Source of the DNA: Sphyrna mokarran
Taxonomy: Eukaryota
Assembly (NCBI GenBank): GCA_024679065.1
Contig: JAGIQG010000010.1
Span: 39,680,001-39,744,000 of the forward strand
DNA length: 64,000 nucleotides
Reading direction: 5' to 3'
Shown here: one piece after another, positions 1 through 12,476 of the stretch
How the letters are laid out: every line of letters begins with the position of its first letter
Position numbering within the stretch: position 1 is the first letter of the stretch
Position numbers and translations under genes: made by a program
The notes under the pieces: model-generated
The model's database searches: none
The model's input: the letters and a program-made list of their open reading frames with translations, nothing else
Told to the model about the DNA's origin: nothing

Positions 1-286
1 ACTATCCACTCTGTCCATGCCTCTCATAATCTTGTAGACTTCTATCAGGTCGACCCTCAATCTCCTTCGTTCCAGTGAAAACAAACTAAGTTTCTCCAAC
101 CTTTCCTCAGATCTGATGCCCTCCATACCAGGCAACATCCTGGTAAATCTTTTCTGTACCTTCTCCAAAGCCTCTACATACTTCTGATAATGCGGCGACC
201 AGAATTGAACATTATATTCCAAGTGCGGCCTAACTAAGGTTCTGTAAATCTGCAACATGACTTGCCAATTTTTAAACTCAATGCTC
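1..286 (-). mobile_element. CR1 LINE fragment (ORF2 C-terminal region), runs off the window start
   Basis: Minus strand reads [34 protein letters not shown], matching the CR1 ORF2 C-terminus also seen at 27.9 kb and 45.7 kb. Confidence 0.9.
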
Positions 287-535
287 AATGTAGTAAATGA
301 GGTTGTGAGATCTTGGTGGTAATACACTCACGAAAGAGTTTGCGATGCTCGTGGCTTTGGATGCGATCTAGGTAGGAGGATGGACTTGGGTCAGTGCCCG
401 ATACACAGAGATGTAATAACTTTACTTGTGGGTTTTCCTCCATCTCTTGGGTGGCTTCTTCATGACTTCAATCAATGACTGTTTGAATGCCTTGCAGGAT
501 GTTCCACCTTAAGTCTCAGTTACCAACTCAGGCAT
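287..535 (-). pseudogene. H2B: Histone H2B (divergent variant type) pseudogene, 3' part cut by CR1 insertion
   Basis: Hand translation from the ATG at 535: MPELVTET*GGTSCKAFKQSLIEVMKKPPKRWRKTHK*SYYISVYRALTQVHPPT*IASKATSIANSFV, then after a frameshift ECITTKIS and then LIYY. This aligns with H2B MPE...[53 protein letters not shown]. Three in-frame stops. Confidence 0.88.
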
Positions 536-2197
536 TCCGCTTCACTTCAATCAACTCAAGGACCGATTCCACAGTCACAAAGTTGTTTGGTGCACTCCAA
601 GTTACCCCATGAAACACTGGAATGAGCAATCAATGTGTATTTGTAGATAGACCTATGAAGTCTGAATCCGTACACTCAACAACTGTCCCTGCACAACTCC
701 GACCCTCCCAAACATTGACCCCCAATTCCCATTTCCATCTTTATTCACTGCAGTGGAGATTCCTGCAATCATTTCCAACTGCAGAAATGGCTCACATAGG
801 CTTCTGTAGGTATTCAGTTGACAATAGGCATTAGCTTTCATCTCCAACTGCTTTAGCGGAACAGGAGAATATATTTTGATAGTGTTTGTAGCAAGACACC
901 CCTTGAAACGTAGTTTCACAAGGCTAATAATTGCAGTGAGTTAGTCCGAAATTGTGCAATTTTTGCCTTTATTGAAGGCAGCGCAAATCAAAGAACAGGC
1001 TCTCACTTCATCTATTGCTTTCAAGATCCCCAAGTCCCTTGCCTCACAAGAAGTCAATAGGTGAAGTCACTGGTGATCCCATTCCAGTTTGCATATGTTT
1101 CTCCCATATAAAGACTTATTTTGCATATAAATAAAAAGACATATTTTTGAGAGGGGAATTATGAGAGAAGAATGTGTGCAACCCAAATTCATAGGGCATC
1201 AGATACCTTCAGTGAGTGAATGGATATGTCTCATTCAAGTTTTTTCTCCTGGAAATGTAATTTAGGTGTTTGTTGCTGAGCCATGTGATCAACATTTTGA
1301 GATGAGAACATTAGTCTGTAATTAAAAATAACAGGGTCATTAATTGAATTTGGAAAGTGGCCTTGATAGTGTCTTCATGTGACAGCACCAAGCTGAATGT
1401 GAAATTCAGTTAAGGTACATTGTAAGTCAACGTTTTAAAATGCACCCACACTTTGGCAATCTTGTGTAAATTTTCAAATTTAGGCTACTGGGGAGATATC
1501 AGTCACTTTCTCCATCAACTCCATCTGCATTATTCTGATGCAGCTATTTATTGCAGCTGGGTCATTACCTCTAAAGAGAGCCACCCCCACCTTCAGGACC
1601 TCTGCTAGTCAGACCTCAACGACTATGTCATTAAAAGATGCAGTTCTCAGTCCCTTTCTGCCTCTGCAACATTCCAGTTGTGAGATAGCCATAAAGCTGT
1701 CCAGCAGAGCCTGAGGAGTTGATGAACAAGGTAAATCAGCCTGCTAACTTTATGATGTTCTCCATGTGTCATGTGCTGAGATAATCAGCAAAAGAACAAA
1801 GTGAGAGATGAGGAGAGGTTTCTTCAAGTAACGGATAGTTTTAATCTGAAATTTGGAATGCAGTGCCCGAAAGGCCGGCAGGAACAGATTCATAGCAACT
1901 TTCAAAAGAGAATTGGGTATATACTTGAAAAAGAGAAATCAGAGCTATGTGCAAAAAACAGGGAAGTGGGACTAATTGGATTATTTTGCCAGAGTCAAAT
2001 GAGCAAGATGAAGGGTCTCCTTCTGTACTGGATGATCCTGTGAACACAAAAAACAGTGCATTGATTATTTCAAACAGGTGAAACTATAACAGCCAGTATA
2101 TAATATTGGATTAATAGTACACCGGTGATGAAACTGGCATTTTTGCTGAAGACTCTTGTTTTCTTCAATTGGCCGTGAGCACTCACGCAGTTGTATT

Positions 2198-3803
2198 GGG
2201 CGTATTTCCCCATTCCCTTTTCTAAGTGCAGTGACAGGCAGTTCCAGCTGTGCTGTTCTCACTGGCCAGAATGGCATGAACTCATGCCCAATTCCCCACT
2301 TGCAGCCTCATTAATTATGTACAAGCATTTCTCTGAATTGCCTGACAGGTCATAAGGGATTCTTCTGGCTATTGTTAGCTGGCAACTTTGAAGGTCCAGC
2401 AATCATATGCCAGCAGTAGTCTAGCACACAATATCATTGCCTTCAGCCTCTCTATCTTCATGAGAGCATGCAGAATGTTTGGAACAGAGGCCAAAGACTA
2501 GCAGCCTCAAGAAGTCTGCACCCTTACTCAACCTCCATGCCCCTGAGACCTTGATTCCAAGAGCCTGGATGTAAAGGCACATCCCCTATGGCTCCAGGAA
2601 GCATATCCACCTCACCTCTCCAGCCTGCATGGCAGTTGTCCAGGAGGTCAATTTGATTGAAGCACCATGCAGTGCAGGAAGCAGATGAATGATCTCATCC
2701 ATTTCCTGCCAAAGTTCCTTTCACTACCAAACTCTCATCATAGCATCATGTACTCAAATGGCAGCTCTCTTCATGGATCTCACATGTCCATTAGCGGGAC
2801 ACTTTCACATCACCACTATCCCACCTGTCATGTTGCTTACCCACCCTCTGAATCACATCGTAAGACATCCTATGGTCTGCTGTATGAGGGAGTGTGTTGG
2901 TCCTCAGCACAAGTCTGAGGATAATACACTAGAGTCATCAGCTGCCATTTAGGTGAGTAGCCCTGATCCCTCAGCAACCATTTCTGCAGACATTCTGGAT
3001 TCAATCATTACTGTGATATTCCCACCCTCCCCCTGAGCCCATCCCCTGCAGGGTGTCCAAGCCCCATATAGACATTTAGCTACTCCATCTGGAAATTGCA
3101 TGCAGTAAACACTGTGGATTCCCTTTGATCCTCTTCTTTGCATTGTAGTCTTGTCACTGTCCAGCTTCTCTCCCCTCAGTCTTCCCTTTGTATTCCATTG
3201 TTTCCCTCACACACGTCCTTGTAACTCTGCTCGACATCATGATTCTTGTCCTTCTTCTATCCACTGCCTTTGCACAGCCCTTCTTTTATATTGAGCCCAT
3301 TGTCTTCATCAGTAGCCCCCGTCACTTCGCATCCACACCAGTTAACTTTGATCCTTTGGAGTAGAGGGCCCATGAATCCTGCAGCACAGCATTGAACTGG
3401 AGGACACAAAACTGTCTACACCAGCAGAGTGTGTTCAGTAAAACAGGAGCAGTGCAGTGCTATAGTATTTGGCTATGTATGTTACGTTTACCTTGAAATC
3501 TCAAGCAAACTGTGCGTGTCACTCTTTTTCAAATGGGTTTGATGCCAAAGTGATTTCCTACTGGCTTGGAAGGCCTGATGTGATTTTAGTGGGCAGCTAT
3601 TTTAATAAGTATTCATGACATGCAAATGAATGTAAATTCCATCATGCTACTAGGCAGTGGGGGAACCACCCCACCAATAACTCCCTATCGGGAGAATTTC
3701 AAACTCTTTTTATGTCAGTTAGCTTCCAACTTTCCAGTTCCTGATGGATTTTCCACTCCCACCCATCACCAAATCCTCTGGGTAGGATGGGAGAATTCTG
3801 CCC
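2198..3803 (+). mobile_element. Decayed PIF/Harbinger-like DNA transposon with Myb/SANT-like remnant
   Basis: Imperfect TIRs gggcgtatttcccc (2198) and gggagaattctgccc (ends 3803). Internal remnant AVVQEVN...TMQCRKQMNDLI (about 2630-2699) resembles the Myb/SANT helix of Harbinger accessory proteins. Confidence 0.55.
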
Positions 3804-5879
3804 ATGTATCATCTGTAGCAACATGCTGAAATCCTTCCACTCACTCAGAACTCAACTGATTCATGCTTAACTTCAGTATCTAGACACCTTTCTTTTGCTG
3901 TCCTCTTTCACCACCCTGGAATGTATTCTGTCTGGCTCAATGATTTGTTAATCTTCAGTGCTTGACTTCAAGTCCTCCATAATGCTACAATAATGATGAG
4001 CCAAGCACATCAAGGTTTGGGAGATCTTAAATTACCACAATTCTGTCACAAGTGTGTTCCAACTGCTTCTGACAGAATCATAGTTCCATGTGGTTGTTGT
4101 CAGAATGCTACTAGAGTTGATTCCTCTGATCTCCTCAGAAGCACAGAGGCCACAGATTGCTTATGTTTCTTGCCAAAAAGGAATTGTTTTAAAAAAATTC
4201 AGAGCTGTAAAAAGGACCGGCTATGAAATGCAATTCCACAGAACCCATTTACCAGGTACTAACGATTTCCTTAGCTAATGACGGTACTCAAGAACTGCAT
4301 GTTCATTATGAGTTAGAAGTGCGCAGTCTACCATGTTGGTAAAGCCCATAAAAATTGATGGTATGTAAGGGCCATAGCAGCTATTTAAGAGTGGATTGTC
4401 CCATGAACCCCACTGCAGTCTGGTAAACTTGGTATACGATTAAGGATCATTTAAGTGATCCTTAAATGTATATTAATTTGATTGTGAAGCTGGAGGGAAT
4501 AAATGTCTTCTGCAGACTTCTTACTCAATCACTTGCCACCATTCTGTTCTGACCCAATATACACAGATACCTCACAACCCAATTCAACCCTGCTGGTCTA
4601 ATCTCCACCTTCCCTGCTCATTTTAACCACATTCCTCAGGACCACTGCTGGCATTGCCATTTTTCATTCTTCTTTGCAGTGACACCTTTGAGTTATCTGT
4701 AGCTCATAGATCTATTAATAATGGTACCCAAAATCAAGAGTGGCTATATCTTATTCCCTGAGGCCAACTTTTTTCTTCCCTATTGAAAGATGATTTTTTT
4801 AGGCCATTGTTCTAATTTTCGGCAAGTCTATCCTCAGCCAGATTCCACTGATATCAGAGGGAAATGGCTGAGAAATATCAACTGCAGAACTCTGATCCTT
4901 ATTCAATATAAAACACATTGGCATATTCATCTCCAAAGTATTCCCAACACCCTGAAGTCCATATTCCACCACATGCATGATCCTGACCTCCCATCTCAGA
5001 AAGCCCACTCACCCCATTTCAAAGCTGTCCTGGTCTGCAGTTCCATTTCATCTTTCACCCCACTGGGTGCTTCAACAAATAAACTTTTCTAATCTGTTTA
5101 GGTAACAGGGAATGTAAATTTCAATAAGTCCTGATATGCCCCCATCTTACCAGACAGTGCTTCCTTCCTTTCTTCTGACCCTATCCCTTCTTTCAATCTC
5201 ACACCGTCATATTTTCACTGTCCCCTTTTACTTTCTCCTCATTGAATGATCAATCGCCAGTGAAAGTCTCAGCTTCACCTTTTAATGGATTTTGAACTTG
5301 GCACAATGCTGATCTCTTCTCCCATTGCCTTTGCAACTGTGCCCAGGAGTCTTTTGCCAGAAGTCTTCTTTGACACAACAAGTCCTGTCTTCAGTAATCT
5401 TGTCCCACCTAGACCTTCCCCTCTTAACCTCTCTTGATCTTCTCATTGAGAACTGCCATCATGACATCAAATGTCTCAATTTCTCTCTTACTTTCACTCA
5501 GCCACTCTTTCTCTGAACTTGCTACACTCCTCTCTCCAGATGCACCCCTAACATCGTTATTAAACTTGCTGACAACAGCAGTAATTCTGTTGTTTGGCAA
5601 ACTGATCTCTACTGCATGAAGACTGAATACAAACTGTCTGATACATCCTGCCATCATCCCCTCCACCCAGAGCTATTAGTGAATATCAAGCCATTATTAA
5701 ACAGGTGATCACCGATCTCATTTTCTCTGGAGATTTCACTACCATGGTCTCCAAGTTCATAGTTTGCAAAGCTAAACAGCACTAATATATTTAATTTATA
5801 AGATCTATAGATGGGAATCTTCTGGTCGACTGATCCACAAAGCCCTTACTTGCCTCACCAAACACTTTCTACATTTGTT

Positions 5880-6662
5880 TCACAGGATGTGGGGTCATCG
5901 CTGGAAAGCTCAGCGTTTGTCACCCTATCCTATGGGTTTTTAAGAAGGTGGTGGTGCGCCACCTTCCTGAATCATTTCTGTCCATATGGTGTATTACACT
6001 CACAGTGTTGATAGCAAGGAAATTCCAGAATTTGACCTAGCAACAATGAAGGAACAGCGATATAGTTCAAAGTCCAGATGGTAAGTGGCTTAGGGAAAGA
6101 TCTTGCATGTGGTTGTGTTCTTGTACATCTGCTGACTTTGTCCTTCTAGGTGGTGTAGAGGTCATGATTTGGCAGGTGTTGTTCAGGGAGGCTTGGAGAA
6201 TTGTTGCAGAGTATCTTGTGGTTGATACACACTGCTGCCACTGTGAGTTGGTGGTGGAGGAAGAGAATGTCTAAGGTGGTGGATGAGGTGTCAATCTAGT
6301 GGGCATCTTTGTCCAGAATGGGGTTGATCTTTTCAAGTATTGTTGGAGTTGCGTTCATCCAGGCAAATAGAGAGTATTCTATCACACTTCTGACTTGTGC
6401 CTTATAGATGGTGGACAGATTTTAGGGAGTCAGGAGGTGAATTACTCACCGCAAAGCTCCCATTCTCTGAGCTTTCATTCTTGTAGCCACAATATTTCTA
6501 TGACAGGCCCAGTTCAGTTTTTGGTAAATGATCATCCCCTGTATGTTGATAATGAGGAATTCTACAATGATAATGTCATTGAAAGTCAAGAAGAGACTGA
6601 TTCCTTTTTGATGGAGATGGTAGTTGTCTGGTATTTGTGTGGTGTCAATGTTACTTACAACT
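5880..6662 (-). mobile_element. LINE 3' fragment (CR1/L2-superfamily; same family as 58855-59455)
   Basis: Colinear similarity to 58855-59455 (gaaggtggtg..., atccaggcaa.t..agagtattc.atcaca.ttctga.ttgtgccttatagatggtggacag). Confidence 0.75.
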
Positions 6663-7199
6663 AGCCCTAACTATATTTCATTTCAGATTTCCATTCTCTG
6701 CAGGATGTTGCTTTTGGTTCAATAGAGGAGCATTAATCAAGCAGCTGGTAACTCAAAGTAGGAAACTTATAAGATTCAGATAGGATGCATGATAGGGACA
6801 AGAGAAGCCCCTCAGCTTCCCCTCTTCAATGATCATAGACTTCCATGCACATACGTTAATGCCACAATCATGGCTGAAAAACTTCAGATCTTTGTCTGTA
6901 TTATCCTGATTGTCTCTCTCTCTTTCTTCCACTATTCTCCTTCTCTTGCCCCACACACATCAGTCACCCGTCTGAAGTTTATCCCTTCTCCCTAGCTGTT
7001 TGACTGTCCCATTGCTCCTCAGCTGTAGTTCATTTTCCTGCCTGTAGTCAATCAGCCTGTCAATTCAACTGGTTACCTGGTAGGAGACGAAGAAAAGTAT
7101 ATGAATGCAATCTGTTTTTAAGTTCAGGAGCATCTCCCTGTCTTTGCTTTGTCAGCTGTGTTTGCCCCCTCTTCACCATCCCCATCTACCTGCAGATAT

Positions 7200-7750
7200 T
7201 GAGGTCAAATAGTACACTGGCAAGAAAATCATGGTAAACTTTTACAAATTACTACTTAGACCTCAGCTAGAGCATTGTGTCCAATTCTGGGCACCACAAT
7301 AGTGAGGGACATTAACACCTTGGAGAGAATAAAGAGGAGATTGACCAGAATGGAACCAGGGAGAAGGACTTCAGCTATAGGGAGAGTCTACAGGATTGCG
7401 TCTAAAGGAGATTTAATGGAGTTATTCAAAATTATGAGGCTTTGATGAAAGATGTAAGGAGAAAATGTTTCCACTGACAAATGGGTCATTAAGCAAATTA
7501 CACAGTTTAAGGTAATTGCCAGAAAAACTAAAGAGAGAAAGTTTTTTTTGATGCAGCTAGTTTAATGATCTGGAATGCATTGCCTCTAACGGTGTTGGAA
7601 GTAGGTTCATTAACAACTTCTAAAGGAACTTTTGAAAGCCTATTTACTGGAAATAGGCAGGAAAGTACAACCATCAGATCAGTCATAATCTTCTTAAATG
7701 GTGCAATAGGCTCAAGGGACAATTGGCCCACTCCAGTTTCTAATTCAAGG
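7200..7750 (+). mobile_element. Degenerate CR1 LINE 3' fragment
   Basis: Remnants of LLRPQLEHCVQFWAP, FSYRE and IWNALP motifs, followed by a CR1-type 3' tail. Confidence 0.75.
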
Positions 7751-7904
7751 TTTAGAATTCCCACTCACAGTGGGAATCATCACGGGTGAAGGAGGGAATT
7801 CGACAGACAAGCAGACAATTAGTTGATTGGAATCTTGTGTGAGAATTTCTTGGTCCCAAGGCAGATGGCACTGGAAAACTCCACCTCACATCTTTGTGTG
7901 ACTT

Positions 7905-8408
7905 CATTACAGACTCTTGCCAATTTCTACAGATGCACTATAGAAAGCATTGTTTCTGATTGTATGACAAGTTGGTATGGTTGCTACTCTATCCAAGACT
8001 GCAAGAAACTACGAAGGATTGTGAATGAAGCCCAAACCATCACTCAAACCAGCCTCCCATCCATTGACTCTGTCTACACTTCCAGCTGCCTTGGAAAAGC
8101 AGCCAGCATAATCAAGGACCCCACGCACCCTGGACATATCTCTTCCACCTTCTTCCATCAGGAAAAAGATACAAAAATCTGAGGTCACACACCAACCAAC
8201 TCAAAACAAAACTTCCATGCTGTCATTAGACTTTTAAACAGACCTACCTCACCTTAAGTGATCTTTCTCTATATCCTAGCTATGACTGTAACACTACATT
8301 CTGCACTCTCTCCTTTCCTTCTCTATTTGCTTTGTCTGTATAGTGTGCAAGAAATAATTTTTTCACCATATACTAACAATACATATGACAATAATAAATC
8401 AAATCAAA
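7905..8408 (+). mobile_element. Rex1/Babar LINE 3' fragment
   Basis: ORF remnant TLANFYRCTIESIVSDCMTSWYG...KAASIIKDPTHPGH, typical of the Rex1/Babar C-terminus. Ends in aataaatcaaatcaaa tail. Confidence 0.85.
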
Positions 8409-9728
8409 GATTTGAAAAGCAGAAATCTACAATTTTATATGGAAGGACCAGGGGAAAGGAATTAATTTCAAAGAGCCAGCACAGACATAATGGGCTGAAT
8501 GACCTCCTTCGGTGCTTTATCTATCTATGTATGGGAATTCCGTGACAACCATTATGAGCAAACAGGATCCAGTTTCATTGTACAATGAATCACACAGCTT
8601 CAAATGAAAAGCAAAAGGATTTGAAATGTTAAGAATTTTCCAGCAGGCAAAAACTAAGCTTCAATGAACAGCAATGACTCAATATTAACAACAATTTGTC
8701 AACTGTCAACACACATTATATTTCCCATGTTGGGAACTACATATAAATATTTCTTAGAGCGGCGGTTTATTTTAAATGAAAGGCTTAAATAAATCATTAA
8801 TGATTAATCAATGCAATTTGAGGCCTGGCATTTGCATTTTAAAACACTATTTTAGAAATAACTTTTTTTTTTAAGAATAATTTTACTTACAAACATTGCA
8901 GCTGGGTGTCACCTGGAAAATTAAAAGATAGTATTATGTTGTGTACAGAGCACAAAAATTCATTATTAATGCAAAGTTCAATGCGCATTTATACACAACA
9001 TATTGAGTAACTGGACATAATCGATGAGCAGGCTTATATTTTCAGGGCTTGGTGAAGTGCTAAATCCCAGTGGTGCAAAAATAAATTGATAATTTACATG
9101 GGAATTTGCACTTAATAGTCAGCAGTGGTATGGAGTATGGGAGATTACACGCAGCATTGAAATCGAAGTGATCACTCATTTCTAGAATAAACAGATGACA
9201 GTGAATTCCAGGTGTTCTTTCAATTTGACAAAAGATCCTCATCACTCACTTGTGAATGGAGTACTTATGAATTATATTCCTTTTGTACTTATGGAGACAT
9301 GTTGTTAGCTCACTGTCATCACTGATGCATCCTCCGCTTATATATCATTAAATAGACCTGGGAACAACTGACCAATGATTGTTTGACGCCCGGTAATAAT
9401 ATATAATGCAGTCCAAATTCCAATCTGTTGCTTCATTTCCACTAACTAGAAATCATAGTTACTGACAGTGATTGGCACTTTCAATGCAATAAGCAGAACA
9501 CATGGCATGAGATCCAGAAATGCCCAAATTAGGCTATGTATTTCTGCGAGCATTTATCCAAAGAAATAGAAGATGTGACTAATCTGGAGAGCAAAAGCAA
9601 CAATGGACTTTTCTTCTATTATTCATGTTATTGATATTTTAGCTCAAGAATCCAAAGTGAATGAATAAAGAGTAAAGGGGGAAAAAAGTTAAAACTTGTG
9701 AACGAAGACCACTAATGACTGAAACATT

Positions 9729-12476
9729 GGGCCTGATTTTACCATTTTCATTCAAAGTGCTGAACCTGGGTGTAATGCAGATCCAACTTAGAAATCTGCT
9801 TTCAGGTGTCCCCATACACACTCAGCCATCTCCAGTCCCATTTGAGCAGTGGGCGGAGTTTAGCGCAGCCAAAATGATCGGAACTCTGAACTGCGCATGC
9901 GCAGCTGGAAAGCATTTGAAAAAGCGCGCCCATATCAGATCGCTGCCAAAATGCAGAAAGCAGAGAAAGCGGCCCAGGAGTGAAAAGCGGGAGCGATTGG
10001 CCCCGTAGACAATACTGTCGTCCTTATCCACCCCCCCAACTATCCACGCACATCACTGTCCTCCTTATCCATTCCCCCCACTACCCACACACATCACTGT
10101 CCTCCTTATCCATTCCCCCAACTATCCACACACATCACTGTCCTCCTTATCCACCCCCCCAGCTAACCACACACATCTCTGTCCTCCTTATCCATCCCCC
10201 AACTATCCACACACATCACTGTCCTCCTTATCCATCCCCCCAACTATACACACACATCACTGTCCTCCTTATCCATCCCCCCAACTACCCACACACATCC
10301 ACTGTCCTCCTTATCCATCCCCCAACTACCCACACATCTCTGTCCTCCTTATCCATCCCCCCAACTATCCACACACATCACTCTCCTCCTTATCCATCAC
10401 CCCAACTATCTCCACACATCTCTGTCCTCCTTATCCATCCCCCCAACTATCCACACACATCACTGTTCTTCTTATCCTTCCACATCTCTGTCCTCCTTAT
10501 CCTTCCACCCAACTATCCACACACATCACTGTTCTCCTTATCCTTCCACATCTCTGTCCTCCTTATCCTTCCACCCAACTATCCACACACATCACTGTTC
10601 TCCTTATCCTTCCACATCTCTGTCCTCCTTATCCTTCCACCCAACTATCCACACACATCACTGTTCTCCTTATCCATGCCCCGAACTATCCCCACACATC
10701 TCTGTCCTCCTTATCCATCCCCCCACTACCCACACACATCTCTGTCCTCCTTATCTGTCCCCCCACTACCCACATCTCTGTCCTCCTTATCCTTCCACCC
10801 AACTATCCACACACATCACTGTTCTTCTTATCCTTCCACATCTCTGTCCTCCTTATCCTTCCACCCAACTATCCACACACATCACTGTTCTCCTTATCCA
10901 TCCCCCCAACTATCCACACACATCACTGTCCTCCTTATCCATCCACCCAACTATCCATACACATCACTGTCCTCCTTATCCATCCACCCAACTATCCACA
11001 CACTTCTCTGTCCACCTTATCTGTCCCCCCACTACCCACAAGTCACTGTTCCCCTTATCCTACCACCCAACTATCCACACACATCACTGTTCCCTTATCC
11101 ATCCCCCACTACCCACACATTACTGTCCCCCTTACCCCACCACCCCACTACCCACACACATCACTGTCTCCTTATCCATCCCCATGACCCACACACATCA
11201 CTGTCCCCTTATCCACCCCCACTACCCACACACATCACTGTCCCCCTTATCCACCCCCAACTACCCAAAACATCACTGTCCCCCTTATCCACCCCCACTA
11301 CCACACTCATCACTGTCCCCCTTACCCCACTAGCCCACTACCCACACACATCACTGTCCCCCTTATCCACCCCCACTACCCACACACGTCACTGTCCCCC
11401 TTACCCCACTACCACACGTCACTGCCCCTTACCCCACTACCTTCACTACCCACACACGTCACTGTCCCCCTTATTCACCACCCTATTACCCACACTCATC
11501 ACTGTCTCCCTTATTGCCCCTTCACTACAAACATGCATCACTGTCCCCCTTATTCACTATCCCCTACCCACACACATTACTGTCTCCCTTATCCACCCCC
11601 ACTACCCACACATCTCGGTCCCTCTTATCCACTCCCCACTATCCACACACATTACTGTCCCCCTTATCCACCACCTCCACTACCCAGACCGATCGCCGCC
11701 TCTGCATCACTCCCCACCGATCACCCACAGAGTGGCAGCAGACCCCCTGCCCTTGTCACCAGAGATCCATCTGCCCCACCCCCTCCCTCACCAGTGAATG
11801 ATCAGCACCCCCCACCCTGATAACGATCTAGACTCACTCCCTCCCACCCACTGAGAATGATCTGGCCTCACTCACCACACCCCCAGACAATGATGTAGCC
11901 TTACTGCTAAGTCCCTCTTCCAGAGAATGGTCTGGCCTCACTAGCCGCCCCCCTTCCAGAGAACCATCTGATCTGCCTGCTACCCTTCCCCACCAGCCAG
12001 CGATTCGCCCTCTCGAGTTCCCACCCCAGCCCACCAGAGATACATCTGACCCTCCCCTTCCTTTTCCCTCCCCCCCAACCAGAGAACGATCTGACCACCT
12101 CCCTCTTCCCTGCCCCCCAGCACTGATCTAAGTCAGAGAGCTGTTGGAAACTCTGAATGCGCTCTTCAGCAGCTAGAGCACCTGATTCAGACTTTTATTC
12201 AGCAGGTTCAATCTGGATCGGCAAACGCAGTGGTAAAGGGGGAAATGATGATAGATTTGAGCGGGGAGTTTATTAATTCAATTTAGATGCATGCAAATAC
12301 ATTTAAATCATCGTTCTGCCTGTTTTGGGTGCAAAGTGGATCGCCACCATTCCCGGGATTCAGTAAAGTGGCAATCTGTGTGGACGGGGGTGTGGATTGC
12401 GATAATGGCCTCACACCCGACTTTACCACATTTTTACGCCTGAAACTGGGCATGAAGCAATGGTAAAATAGGGCCC
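9729..12476. mobile_element. Non-autonomous Harbinger-like TIR element containing an expanded minisatellite
   Basis: 17-bp TIRs gggcctgattttaccat (9729) and atggtaaaatagggccc (ends 12476), 15/17 match. 3-bp TSD ATT at 9726-9728 and 12477-12479. Confidence 0.85.
10012..11690. repeat. C-rich minisatellite, about 39-41 bp unit (cacacatcactgtcctccttatccatccccccaactatc)
   Basis: Directly visible tandem array of roughly 40 copies. It explains the 605-aa P/H/T-rich ORF. Confidence 0.97.

Noticed and set aside
600-1000. Divergent H2A partner next to the H2B pseudogene
   Set aside because: No H2A motifs (SRAGLQFPVGR, AVLEYL) found by eye or in the listed ORFs.
4560-5760. Possible very old L2 LINE remnant
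   Set aside because: Pyrimidine-rich texture only; I could not recover convincing APE or RT motifs.
10012-11690. CRISPR-like regular repeat array
   Set aside because: No unique spacers, no cas genes, eukaryotic context.
9980-11797. 605-aa Pro/His/Thr-rich ORF
   Set aside because: Translation of a stop-poor minisatellite inside a MITE. No domain or splice support.
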